In this document: in pieces, positions 27,092 to 35,855 of the stretch
How positions within the stretch are numbered: position 1 is the first letter of the stretch
Layout: each line of letters opens with the position of its first letter
Origin: Pseudomonadota bacterium
GTDB lineage: Bacteria; Pseudomonadota; Alphaproteobacteria; Reyranellales; Reyranellaceae
Assembly (NCBI GenBank): GCA_018240695.1
Contig: JAFEFH010000004.1
Coordinates: 1,032 to 65,031 of the forward strand
DNA length: 64,000 nucleotides
Reading direction: 5' to 3'
Position numbers and translations under genes: made by a program
The notes under the pieces: model-generated
Databases searched by the model: none
Told to the model about the DNA's origin: nothing
Seen by the model: only the letters and a program-made list of their open reading frames with translations

Positions 27092-28462
27092 CTAGAAGCG
27101 GAAGTCCATGCCCAGCAGCGCGGCCCAAGACTGGCCGGCGACGAGGTTGGAGGGGCCGCTGAGGTTGTTGAAGATCACGCCGCCCATCATCTTCACGCCC
27201 GGTCCGAGCGCGTAGTTGGCGCCGACTTCGATCTTCGAAGCGGTTTCCGTACCGAAGGACAGAGCGCCGGCGTTCGGGTTCGTGCCGAACGCGGCGGCCT
27301 GCGTGGCCGGAGCAGTGGCGGTGCCACCGCTCGTGGTGCCCTGAGCGAGGGTCGCGAGCGAGAGGCTGCCGTTACCGTTGTTGTTGTACGAGACGGTACC
27401 GCCGGCAGACAGCTGCCACGGGCCGGTTTCGTACATCACGCCCAGCGAGTAGGCGCGCGTGTCGTTGTCCACACCGGTGTAGTAGTTCGAGCCGAGACCG
27501 TTGTTGTCCCAGATGTACGAACCGCCGATGGTGAAGCCCGCGACGCTGAACTGCAAGCCAGCGGCCAGCTGCTTCCACGAGGACAGGTTCATACCCGTCG
27601 TCGTGTTGGCGCCGCCGAAGCCGCCCGGACCGTTGTTCAGGCCACCCACGAACGACATGTACGAGTAAGCGCCGTACACAGCGACCGAGACGTTACCGAA
27701 CTTGTTCAGGTAGTTGGCACCGATAACGAGCGCGTCCTGATAGGAGTTGTCGTTCGTCGGGCAGCCGTTGGCCGTCGTCGCGTCATTGAAGCCGCAAGTC
27801 TGGTTCGCGCCGGTACCCGGACCGAGGAGCGCAGCGGCCGTCGGGCCCACCACGTTGATCTTCGGCGAGTAACCAACACCGATCTGCAGGCCGGCGAAGC
27901 GCGGCGTGTAGTAGTTGAAGCGATTGACGTCCTGATACTGGGCGTCGATCGTCATCGCGGTGATGTGGGTGTTCGCCTTGTTGTTGGCGGCAGCGGTGGG
28001 ATTCGCCCACTGGAACGACGTGTTGTGCTGGAAGAAGCCGAAGCCCAGGAGGGCCGACGGCGTGCCGTAGTACATGATGTAGCCGGCGTCGTCCTTCGCA
28101 CCGAACTCGACGCGGCCCCAGTCGCCGAAGGCGAACAGGTAGGCTTCGTCGATCTGACGGGTGCCAGCGGCGGTGCCGGCCGGGTTCCAGCCTTCGAGCT
28201 CGACGCGAACGCCGATCGAAGTGCCGTTGTCCAGCTTGGTCTGGCCGATGAAGTGGATTTCACCTTCCTGAATGAACTGGATGCCCTTGTACTGGACGGA
28301 CGAGCCGTTCAGGGCGTAGCTCGACTCGATCGAGCCAGCCAGAGCGTAGAACTGGTAGTAGCCGCCAACGCCCATCTTGATGGGGTCGGCTGCCATGGCG
28401 GGGGCGGCCATCAGACCGCCAACTGCCAAGGCGGTCGAGCCTAGCAAAATCTTCTTCATCAT
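27092..28462 (-). CDS. Outer-membrane porin (alphaproteobacterial Omp2b/Porin_4-like)
   Basis: MMKKILLGSTALA signal peptide, EIHFIG...LDNG, IDEAYLF, YYTPRFAG, C-terminal Phe; highly-expressed-type codon usage. Confidence 0.92.
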   Translation of the reverse strand: MMKKILLGSTALAVGGLMAAPAMAADPIKMGVGGYYQFYALAGSIESSYALNGSSVQYKGIQFIQEGEIHFIGQTKLDNGTSIGVRVELEGWNPAGTAAGTRQIDEAYLFAFGDWGRVEFGAKDDAGYIMYYGTPSALLGFGFFQHNTSFQWANPTAAANNKANTHITAMTIDAQYQDVNRFNYYTPRFAGLQIGVGYSPKINVVGPTAAALLGPGTGANQTCGFNDATTANGCPTNDNSYQDALVIGANYLNKFGNVSVAVYGAYSYMSFVGGLNNGPGGFGGANTTTGMNLSSWKQLAAGLQFSVAGFTIGGSYIWDNNGLGSNYYTGVDNDTRAYSLGVMYETGPWQLSAGGTVSYNNNGNGSLSLATLAQGTTSGGTATAPATQAAAFGTNPNAGALSFGTETASKIEVGANYALGPGVKMMGGVIFNNLSGPSNLVAGQSWAALLGMDFRF

Positions 28463-28859
28463 TCTCCCTCTCTCATTGATCAGAGACTGGTACGTACCAA
28501 AAGGCCTTTGTCTGATCGACGGAAGCGGGCCCTCAACCACGGGCACGCGGAACCCCGCCAACGCGACCGGCCGATAAAACACGCGGCCCAAAGCCGGGTC
28601 AAGAAATGGTCGGCCTCTCACCGGATTCTCTCCGTACCTGTGGCGAGTTTGTCACATTTTCCCCCGCCGCCAGCGGCCTCGAAGCCGATGGCAAAAGGCT
28701 CGGATGCTTTTATAGTCTCTTAAAGAAACCCACATCATCTTGACGCAAAACGCGTCGATACGGCCTTGATTCCGCCGCTTGCAGTAGCCCAAACCTCCGC
28801 TTATGGTCCGGCCGCCGCGCTCGACGCGCCGCGACCCAAGTCGCTTGCAACAGGCTCCA

Positions 28860-29447
28860 ATGAAGTTTTTTGACACGGACGGCAGCAAATCGCGGAGGCA
28901 CGGGGCCTTCCGCCTCCTCATGGGAGCGCTGCTTTTTGCCGGCCTCGCGGGCTGTGGCGGCGATCCAGGCGCTGTCAAGGAACGCGATTATGGCGGCGGC
29001 CGCGCGGCAAAGCAGGAGGCCGCACAGGGTCTGGGGGGTCAGAATCGCGAGAACGGTAGCCTGTTCGGCCCGGGCGGCCTGTTCGGCTCCAAGGCGGAGC
29101 GGAAGGAAGGCTCGGACAGCGGCGTGGCGGTCAACGCCTACCTGTGGCGCGCCTCCCTCGACACGATCAACTTCATTCCGCTGATCTCGGCCGACCCGTT
29201 CGGCGGCGTGATCATCACCGACTGGTACACGCCGGCTGAAGCGCCCAACGAGCGGATGAAGGTCCAGATCACCATTCTCGACCGCGAGCTGCGCGCCGAC
29301 GGCGTGCGCGTGGCGGTCTTCAAGCAGCAGGCCTCGGCCAAGGGCGGCGGCTGGGTCGACAGCGCCGTCGACCCCCACACCAACACCGATATCGAGAACG
29401 CCATCCTGACCCGTGCTCGCCAGCTCCGGATTGCGCAGGGCGGCTGA
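28860..29447 (+). CDS. DUF3576-domain lipoprotein
   Basis: Lipobox LAGC; VNAYLWRASLDT, ADPFGGVIITDWY, ENAILTRAR; start uncertain (28860 or 28920). Confidence 0.85.
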   Translation: MKFFDTDGSKSRRHGAFRLLMGALLFAGLAGCGGDPGAVKERDYGGGRAAKQEAAQGLGGQNRENGSLFGPGGLFGSKAERKEGSDSGVAVNAYLWRASLDTINFIPLISADPFGGVIITDWYTPAEAPNERMKVQITILDRELRADGVRVAVFKQQASAKGGGWVDSAVDPHTNTDIENAILTRARQLRIAQGG

Positions 29448-29521
29448 GCCACGTCAAATACTTGACTTGAGGGGCCGCAGCTTGCACTCGCTGCGGCCTC
29501 TGTCGTTTTGGGAGCCTGCCT

Positions 29522-32122
29522 GTGTCGTCGTCCGCCGCGTCCGAACCCAAGCGCTATAATTTCCGCGAGACCGAAGCCAAGTGGCAGAAGGTCTGGGACG
29601 GCAAGCAGACCTTCCGCGCCGTCATGGATAAGGCGCGCCCCAAATACTACGTGCTGGAGATGTTCCCGTATCCGTCGGGACGCATCCACATGGGCCACGT
29701 GCGCAACTACACGCAGGGCGACGTGATCGCCCGCTACAAGCGCGCCAAGGGCTTCAACGTGCTGCATCCCATGGGCTGGGACGCGTTCGGCCTGCCTGCC
29801 GAGAACGCCGCGATCGAGAAGAAGACCCATCCCAAGACCTGGACCTACGCCAACATCGCCACGATGAAGGCGCAGCTGAAGTCGATGGGCCTGTCGCTCG
29901 ACTGGAGCCGCGAGCTCGCGACCTGCGACCCGAGCTACTACCGGCACGAGCAGAAGATGTTCCTCGATTTCTGGAAGGCCGGCCTCGCCTATCGGCGCGA
30001 GGCGTGGGTCAACTGGGATCCCGTCGACAACACCGTGCTGGCCAACGAGCAGGTCATCGACGGCAAGGGCTGGCGCACCGGCGCCACCGTCGAGCGCCGC
30101 AAGCTGACGCAGTGGAACCTCAAGATCACGACCTTCGCCGACGAGCTGCTGAGCCGGCTCGACACGCTCGACCGCTGGCCGGAGAAGGTCCGCCTGATGC
30201 AGGCGAACTGGATCGGCAAGAGCCGCGGCGCACGCCTGTCGTTCGAGCTGACCGACGCGTCCGGTGCCGATCGGGGAAAGCTCGAAATCTTCACGACCCG
30301 TCCCGACACGCTGTTCGGCGCGTCGTTCATGGCGCTGTCGCCCGAGCATCCGATCACCGCCCAGCTGGCCGCCGACGACCCCGGCCTGCAACGCTTCGTC
30401 GCCGAGTGCCGCAAGACCGGCACGGCCGCGGCCGAGATCGAGACGGCCGAGAAGCAGGGCTACAAGCTGCCGCTGCTGGCCAAGCATCCGCTGGTCCCCG
30501 GCCGCACCATGCCGGTCTACGCCGCCAACTTCGTGCTGATGGAATACGGCACCGGCGCGATCTTCGGCTGCCCCGCGCACGACGAGCGCGACCACGAGTT
30601 CGCCACCAAGTACGGCCTGCCGATTCTCCAGGTGGTTGCACCCGCCAACGCCAAGGAAAAGATCGACGTGCAGGCCGCGCCGTTCGTCGACGACGGCGTG
30701 ATCGTGAACTCCGAGTTCCTGAACGGGCTCGCGGTCGAGGACGCCAAGGCGAAGGTCATCGCCCGCCTCGAGGAGATGAAGGTCGGCACGGGCACGACGC
30801 AGTACCGTCTGCGCGACTGGCTGGTGTCGCGTCAGCGCTATTGGGGCTGCCCGATTCCCGCGATCCACTGCGAGAAGTGCGGCGTGGTGCCGGTGCCGGA
30901 GAAGGACCTGCCGGTGAAACTGCCGGACGACGTCACCTTCGACCGGCCCGGCAATCCGCTCGACCACCATCCGACGTGGAAGCACGTGCCGTGCCCGACC
31001 TGCGGCGGCGCCGCGCGCCGCGAGACCGACACGTTCGACACGTTCATCGACTCGAGCTGGTACTTCGACCGCTTCACCTCGCCCGGCCTCGAGACCGCGC
31101 CGTTCGACCGCGCGGAGAACGAGTACTGGATGCCCGTCGACCAGTATATCGGCGGCGTCGAGCACGCGATCCTGCACCTGCTCTACTCGCGCTTCTGGAC
31201 GCGCGCGATGCGCGAGGTCCAGCTGACCGGCCGCGACGAACCGTTCGACGGCCTGTTCACCCAGGGCATGGTCTGCCACGAGACCTATCGCGCCAGCGAC
31301 GGCACGTGGCTGCTGCCCGAGGAGATCGAGCGCACCGCCGGCGGCAACGTCGTGCGCGCGTCCGACAAGTCGCCCGTCGAGGTCGGCCGTTCGGAGAAGA
31401 TGTCCAAGTCGAAGAAGAACGTCGTCGACCCGGACCAGATCATCCGCGACTACGGCGCCGACACCGCGCGCTGGTTCATGCTGTCCGACAGCCCGCCCGA
31501 GCGCGACCTCGAATGGACCGAGGCCGGCGTCACCGGCGCGTGGCGCTTCCAGCAGCGCCTGCACCGCATCGCCAGCGAGGCGATGAACGGCCTGCCGGCC
31601 GCCGGCACCGCCAAACCCGCAGCGCTGTCCGACGCCGCGACCGAGCTGCGCCGCGCGGCGCACAAGACGGTCGCGGGCCTGTCGGCCGACATCGAGGCGT
31701 TCCACTTCAACAAGGCCGTGGCGCGGCTCTACGAACTGGCCAACACGATCTCGGGCTTCGCCGCCAAGGATGCGGGCGACGCCTGGGCGCAGCGCGAGGC
31801 GCTCGAGATCTTCGTGCGCCTGATCGGCCCGATGACGCCGCACCTCGCCGAGGAGCTGTGGCAGGAGCTCGGCCACACGACCCTGCTGGCCGACTCGCCG
31901 TGGCCGGTGGCCGACGCGGGCCTGCTGGTCGACGACACGGTGACGGTGGCTGTCCAGCTCAACGGCAAGCTGCGCGGCACGATCGCGCTGCCCAAGGATG
32001 CGGCCAAGGATGTCGCCGAGAAGACCGCTCTCGCCTTGCCCGAGCTGGTGCGCGGGCTCGAGGGCAAGACGCCCAAGCGCGTGATCGTCGTCCCCAACCG
32101 GATCGTCAACGTCGTGGTATGA
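29522..32122 (+). CDS. leuS: Leucine--tRNA ligase
   Basis: [15 protein letters not shown] (HIGH), [16 protein letters not shown]. Confidence 0.99.
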   Translation: MSSSAASEPKRYNFRETEAKWQKVWDGKQTFRAVMDKARPKYYVLEMFPYPSGRIHMGHVRNYTQGDVIARYKRAKGFNVLHPMGWDAFGLPAENAAIEKKTHPKTWTYANIATMKAQLKSMGLSLDWSRELATCDPSYYRHEQKMFLDFWKAGLAYRREAWVNWDPVDNTVLANEQVIDGKGWRTGATVERRKLTQWNLKITTFADELLSRLDTLDRWPEKVRLMQANWIGKSRGARLSFELTDASGADRGKLEIFTTRPDTLFGASFMALSPEHPITAQLAADDPGLQRFVAECRKTGTAAAEIETAEKQGYKLPLLAKHPLVPGRTMPVYAANFVLMEYGTGAIFGCPAHDERDHEFATKYGLPILQVVAPANAKEKIDVQAAPFVDDGVIVNSEFLNGLAVEDAKAKVIARLEEMKVGTGTTQYRLRDWLVSRQRYWGCPIPAIHCEKCGVVPVPEKDLPVKLPDDVTFDRPGNPLDHHPTWKHVPCPTCGGAARRETDTFDTFIDSSWYFDRFTSPGLETAPFDRAENEYWMPVDQYIGGVEHAILHLLYSRFWTRAMREVQLTGRDEPFDGLFTQGMVCHETYRASDGTWLLPEEIERTAGGNVVRASDKSPVEVGRSEKMSKSKKNVVDPDQIIRDYGADTARWFMLSDSPPERDLEWTEAGVTGAWRFQQRLHRIASEAMNGLPAAGTAKPAALSDAATELRRAAHKTVAGLSADIEAFHFNKAVARLYELANTISGFAAKDAGDAWAQREALEIFVRLIGPMTPHLAEELWQELGHTTLLADSPWPVADAGLLVDDTVTVAVQLNGKLRGTIALPKDAAKDVAEKTALALPELVRGLEGKTPKRVIVVPNRIVNVVV

Positions 32123-32129
32123 TCGCGGC

Positions 32130-33173
32130 GTGAAGATCGAACCGCGCCAGGCCGAGGCCTTCCTCAAGAAGCCGGATCCGAAGATCCGGGCGGTGGTGAT
32201 CTACGGCAACGACGACGGGCTGATCGCCGAGCGCGCCACGCAACTCGCCAAGACCGTCTGCGAGGACCTCAAGGATCCGTTTCGCGTCATCGACATCGCG
32301 GGCGAAGCGCTGAAGCACGATCCGGCGCGGCTGGCCGACGAGTTCTCCGCCATGTCGCTGATGGGCGGGCGGCGCGTGATCCGCGTGCGGCCGGCCGGCG
32401 AGGAAGCGGCCGAGGCGCTGGAGAACCTGGTCGCCGCGACGGCGGGCGATGCGCTGATCGTCATCGAAGGCGGCAACCTCACGCCGCGCTCGACCTTGCG
32501 CACCATGGCCGAGACCGAGCCGACGCTGGCCGCCATGCCCTGCTACATGGATTCAGCGGAGGCACTGGAAGGGCTGGTCGAAAGCTCGGCACGCGCGCAG
32601 GGCCTCAACGTCGACGCCGATGCGCTGGACTGGATCGTCGAGCGGCTGGGCGGCGATCGCGGCCAGACGCGCAGCGAGATCGACAAGCTGCTGCTCTACA
32701 AGGCGGGCGACGACGCCAATACCATCACCATGGCCGACGCGATGGCGGTGCTGGGCGACACGGCGTCGATCGGCATCGACAATGTGATCGCCGCGACCTT
32801 CGACGGCGAGATGGTGGCGCTCGATCGCGCGCTCGACCGCGTGTTCGCCGAAGGCGGCAACCCGATCCAGCTCGTGCGCTCGTTGCAGCGTCACGCCGAC
32901 CAGCTTCACCTCGTGTCGGGACACGCCGCGCGCGGCGGCAACCTCGAGGGCGCGATGTTCAAGGCGCGCGGCCTGCCGCGCGGCGGCCCGGTGCGCCAGC
33001 GTTTCGAGCGGCACCTGCGGAGCTGGCCGCTCGCGCGCCTGAGCGCCGCGCTCACGCGCATCCTCGATGCCGAGCTGGAATGCAAGAGTACCGGCCTGCC
33101 CGACGAGGCGATCGCCCGCCGGCTGTGCCTCGGCCTGGCGAGCGCTGCCCGCCAGGCGCGCGCGCGCCGCTAG
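32130..33173 (+). CDS. holA: DNA polymerase III delta subunit
   Basis: VIYGNDDGLI, DPARLADE, LMGGRRVI, LGGDRGQTRSEIDKL; follows leuS. Confidence 0.92.
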   Translation: MKIEPRQAEAFLKKPDPKIRAVVIYGNDDGLIAERATQLAKTVCEDLKDPFRVIDIAGEALKHDPARLADEFSAMSLMGGRRVIRVRPAGEEAAEALENLVAATAGDALIVIEGGNLTPRSTLRTMAETEPTLAAMPCYMDSAEALEGLVESSARAQGLNVDADALDWIVERLGGDRGQTRSEIDKLLLYKAGDDANTITMADAMAVLGDTASIGIDNVIAATFDGEMVALDRALDRVFAEGGNPIQLVRSLQRHADQLHLVSGHAARGGNLEGAMFKARGLPRGGPVRQRFERHLRSWPLARLSAALTRILDAELECKSTGLPDEAIARRLCLGLASAARQARARR

Positions 33174-33994
33174 CCCTTCTTGCCGGCGCTCCCCGCCGAC
33201 AGCGGCGTCGCCGCATTCTCGGTCAGGATCAGGAAGGTGAAGCTCTCCTCGATGTAGAGCCGTACTTTTTCGGTGTCGTGCTCGAGGTAACCCAGCGAGA
33301 AGTCCTGGCCGACGGTGAGCTCGAAGTCGCCGCCGCGCTGGGAGATCACGAGACCGCCGTCGATGCCCGGCGCCCACACGATCTCGCCGTCGATCAGGCG
33401 ATTGACGTGGCTGATGATCGGATAGCCGCCGTCGGTGCGCGCCGCGAGGTCCTTGTAGAGCTGCTCGTTCAGCACCACGGAGAACGGGCCTTCGATGCCG
33501 TCGTCGCGCATGCGCGTGAGCGCCGATGCGACGGCGAGCGGATAGTCGGTATGGCTGGTGCCCAGCGGCACGGCCACGCCCTTGCGCGCTTCGCAGATGC
33601 CGGTGATCTGGGCGGCCTTGTAGCCGTGGAAGATCGCGCGGTCCTCGGCGATCGCGATCTCGCGCGCCGCCGCCGTCACTGAATCGAGATTGGGATCGCG
33701 CGCGCCGCGATCGATCGCGTCGAGTTCGGCGCGGCTGACGTCGAAGGGAATGCGCAGCTCGACCAGCGGCTGGATGCGGCGCAGGCGCGCCTGCACGTTC
33801 TTGCCCTTGGGCGGCGATTCGATCGGATCGGCGCGGCCGAGCTCGACGTCGGAGGCGCCCCAGCCGAGAGGTCCGCGGAAGTCGACGACGCGGCGCGCCG
33901 CCAGCAGCGCGCGCAGGGTGCGCTTGGCTTCCTTTTCGATCTCGACCCAGCCGGCCGGGGTGATCGGCGCGCGCTTATGGAAAAGATGGTTCAT
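33170..33994 (-). CDS. Family 1 encapsulin shell protein (Linocin M18-like)
   Basis: APITPAGWVEIE, RRVVDFRGPLG, PLVELRIPF, AIAEDRAIFHG, LTVGQDFSLGY, EESFTF. Confidence 0.96.
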   Translation of the reverse strand: MNHLFHKRAPITPAGWVEIEKEAKRTLRALLAARRVVDFRGPLGWGASDVELGRADPIESPPKGKNVQARLRRIQPLVELRIPFDVSRAELDAIDRGARDPNLDSVTAAAREIAIAEDRAIFHGYKAAQITGICEARKGVAVPLGTSHTDYPLAVASALTRMRDDGIEGPFSVVLNEQLYKDLAARTDGGYPIISHVNRLIDGEIVWAPGIDGGLVISQRGGDFELTVGQDFSLGYLEHDTEKVRLYIEESFTFLILTENAATPLSAGSAGKKG

Positions 33995-34392
33995 TGGTCC
34001 TGTCCTCCGGTCTTGCGCAGGCTGCCGATGCCGAGACTGCCGTCCTTCGACGGCCGCTCGTCGTCGCCGCCGTCACCACCGCCCGCTTCGCCTTTGCTCG
34101 CGGCCTCGACCGCCGTCAGCGAGCCCTCGGTGAACAGGTAGGTCTTGAGATGCTCGTCCATCTTGGGGTCGTTGCGCCGGATCCACTCCAGCGCCATCGC
34201 CGCGTGCTCCTTCTCCTCGTCGCGGTTGTGCTCGAGGATGGCGCGCAGCTCGGGATTCTTGGTGGCCTTTGCGCGCTGGTTGTACCAGTCGACCGCCTCC
34301 AGCTCTTCCATCAGCGACACGATCGCGCGGTGATTGTCGATGACGTCCGCCCCGAGCTTGTCGGGGTCTTCGTGCAGTGTCTCGCTCGCCAT
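33991..34392 (-). CDS. Encapsulated ferritin-like protein (EncFtn/Flp) with cargo-loading peptide
   Basis: SLMEELEAVDWYNQR and HNRDEEKEHAAM ferroxidase motifs; C-terminal DGSLGIGSLRK targeting peptide; ATG 34392. Confidence 0.96.
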   Translation of the reverse strand: MASETLHEDPDKLGADVIDNHRAIVSLMEELEAVDWYNQRAKATKNPELRAILEHNRDEEKEHAAMALEWIRRNDPKMDEHLKTYLFTEGSLTAVEAASKGEAGGGDGGDDERPSKDGSLGIGSLRKTGGQDQ

Positions 34393-34447
34393 TCGCCCAA
34401 ACCTTTCGCACGCGGACGAACGCATAGTCCGGCCGTTTCACCCCTTA

Positions 34448-34472
34448 AACGTCAGGGGCGTGCGCGAGTTCC
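34448..34472 (-). promoter_or_regulatory. EcfG (sigmaT/RpoE2)-type promoter of the encapsulin operon
   Basis: Minus strand GGAAC-TCGCGCACGCCCCTGA-CGTT (exact GGAAC-N16-CGTT), 55 nt before the Flp ATG. Confidence 0.75.
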
Positions 34473-34493
34473 GGCGATCGGGAAGATTCGAAA

Positions 34494-35219
34494 TCAGTCC
34501 TCGGGCGGCACGAACATATAGCCCGCGCCGCGCACCGTGCGGATAGATGTGGGGTGCGCGGGATCGACCTCGATCTTGCGGCGGATGCGCAGGATGCGGA
34601 TGTCGATCGCCCGGTCGAAGGCTTCCATCTCGCGGTGGCTGGTCGTCTCGAGCAGCCAGTCGCGGCTGAGCGGCCGGTTGGGATTCTCGGCGAAGATGCG
34701 CAGCAGCTCGAACTCGCCGGCGCGCAGCGGCACTTCCTCGCCGCTCAGCGCCGTCATGCGCCGCGCCACGAGATCGAGCAGGCACTTGCCGACACGGACC
34801 CGCTCGCCGGGCGTCGCCGCACTGGCGCCGCCGGCGCGGCGCAGCAGGGCCTTCATGCGCGCCAGCAGCGCGCGCGGCTCGTAGGGCTTGGCGATGTAGT
34901 CGTCGGCGCCGGTCTCGAGGCCGACCACCTGGTCGACCGTGTCGCCGCTCGCCGTGACCATGATGATGCCGACCCTGCGGCTGCGCTCGCGCAGGAAGCG
35001 GGCGAGAGCGAAGCCGTCGTCGCCGCCCGGCAGCCGAAGGTCGAGCAGTACCAGGGCCGGCGGGTCTTTCTCGACCAGCTTGCGCAAACCGGCGCCGGAC
35101 TCGACGCCGGACGCGCGATAGCCGTTTTCCTCGAGGAAATCAGTGAGAGTTTCACGTTGAAACTGTTCGTCTTCGACGACGATGACGTGCGGACGCGTAT
35201 CTTTAGGGCGGACAGCCAT
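34494..35219 (-). CDS. OmpR-family response regulator
   Basis: VEDE, VLLDLRLPG (phospho-Asp), GADDYIAKP, winged helix DRAIDIRILRIRRKIE...TVRGAGY. Confidence 0.94.
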   Translation of the reverse strand: MAVRPKDTRPHVIVVEDEQFQRETLTDFLEENGYRASGVESGAGLRKLVEKDPPALVLLDLRLPGGDDGFALARFLRERSRRVGIIMVTASGDTVDQVVGLETGADDYIAKPYEPRALLARMKALLRRAGGASAATPGERVRVGKCLLDLVARRMTALSGEEVPLRAGEFELLRIFAENPNRPLSRDWLLETTSHREMEAFDRAIDIRILRIRRKIEVDPAHPTSIRTVRGAGYMFVPPED

Positions 35220-35283
35220 ACCACTCCATCCTGCCGCCCGCGGCCCCCGACCACAAGCTGCGCGAAAGTTCTCCCAAACGAGA

Positions 35284-35311
35284 GCAGCGGCGCCGGGAGG
35301 GGCGCCGCTGC
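35284..35311 (-). terminator. GC hairpin, possible terminator between the small gene and the response regulator
   Basis: gcagcggcgcc-gggagg-ggcgccgctgc 11-bp stem; weak U-tract (TCTCGTTT) on the minus strand. Confidence 0.45.
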
Positions 35312-35382
35312 AAGACCGGTGATGGGAGTCCCGGCCGTCTCTCGCCGGGGTGTGCGTCCGGCGAAGGGGGATTTCGGGAAGT

Positions 35383-35646
35383 CTAGCGAAGCGCGCCGCC
35401 CGCGAGCGGGGTCTGGCCGCGGATCGCCGCGAGGAAGAAGGCGCGGGCCTGGTCCGGCGCCATCGCCTGGAGCCGCCGGGTCTCGGCCGGCGCGGGGGCG
35501 GCGGCGACAGCGACCGCGGGAGCGGCCGTTTCGGCTTCGCCGACCGGGGCGGCGTAGACCCGGCTGCAGATCATGGTGGCGAGAACGCCGGAGGTGACGA
35601 GAACGAGGGCTTCCTTGACCATCGGACGGTACAGAATGTTCATCAT
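35383..35646 (-). CDS. Small exported/membrane hypothetical protein
   Basis: 87 aa; RBS GAGGGAG; hydrophobic segment then VYA-AP cleavage-like site; Ala/Pro linker. Confidence 0.6.
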   Translation of the reverse strand: MMNILYRPMVKEALVLVTSGVLATMICSRVYAAPVGEAETAAPAVAVAAAPAPAETRRLQAMAPDQARAFFLAAIRGQTPLAGGALR

Positions 35647-35719
35647 CGTCTTTCTCCCTCTTGCGGCGTCGGCGCCGTTTCGATGAGGCGAACCTAGGCC
35701 TCGGCGGTTTCCCGAAGAT

Positions 35720-35821
35720 TACGGGTACCTGTCGTTTGGTTTCGTGGGTTACGCGGACCTTGCCCGCACACCCTTCGAAAGCGCTCGCGAAACCCACGAA
35801 ACATTTTCGCCGCGCCGCGTT
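35720..35821. promoter_or_regulatory. Mirror-symmetric divergent promoter/operator region
   Basis: 16/17 inverted repeat gtttcgtgggttacgcg (35739-35755) / cgcgaaacccacgaaac (35786-35802); each outward arm reads GAAAC-N15-CGTW. Confidence 0.55.
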
Positions 35822-35855
35822 ACCGGCAGGAAACCCGGACAGGGGACGATAAGGG

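Noticed and set aside
28639-28656. CRP-like TGTGG-N8-TCACA upstream of the porin gene
   Set aside because: Spacer is 8 nt rather than 6 and the left half is imperfect
29482-29489. CIRCE-like half-sites TTGCACTC (also 44318-44325, and TTCGCACTC at 13002-13010 near hrcA)
   Set aside because: No matching GAGTGC(T/C)AA half at the required 9-nt spacing
35148-35164. parS-like sequence AGTTTCACGTTGAAACT in the response regulator gene
   Set aside because: A 1-nt insertion breaks half-site spacing and the outer bases differ; unlikely to bind ParB well (ChIP would settle it)
35756-35855. Cyclic-di-GMP riboswitch-like TTCGAAAG element before the kinase
   Set aside because: Only a GAAA tetraloop-like fragment; P1/P2 pairing could not be built
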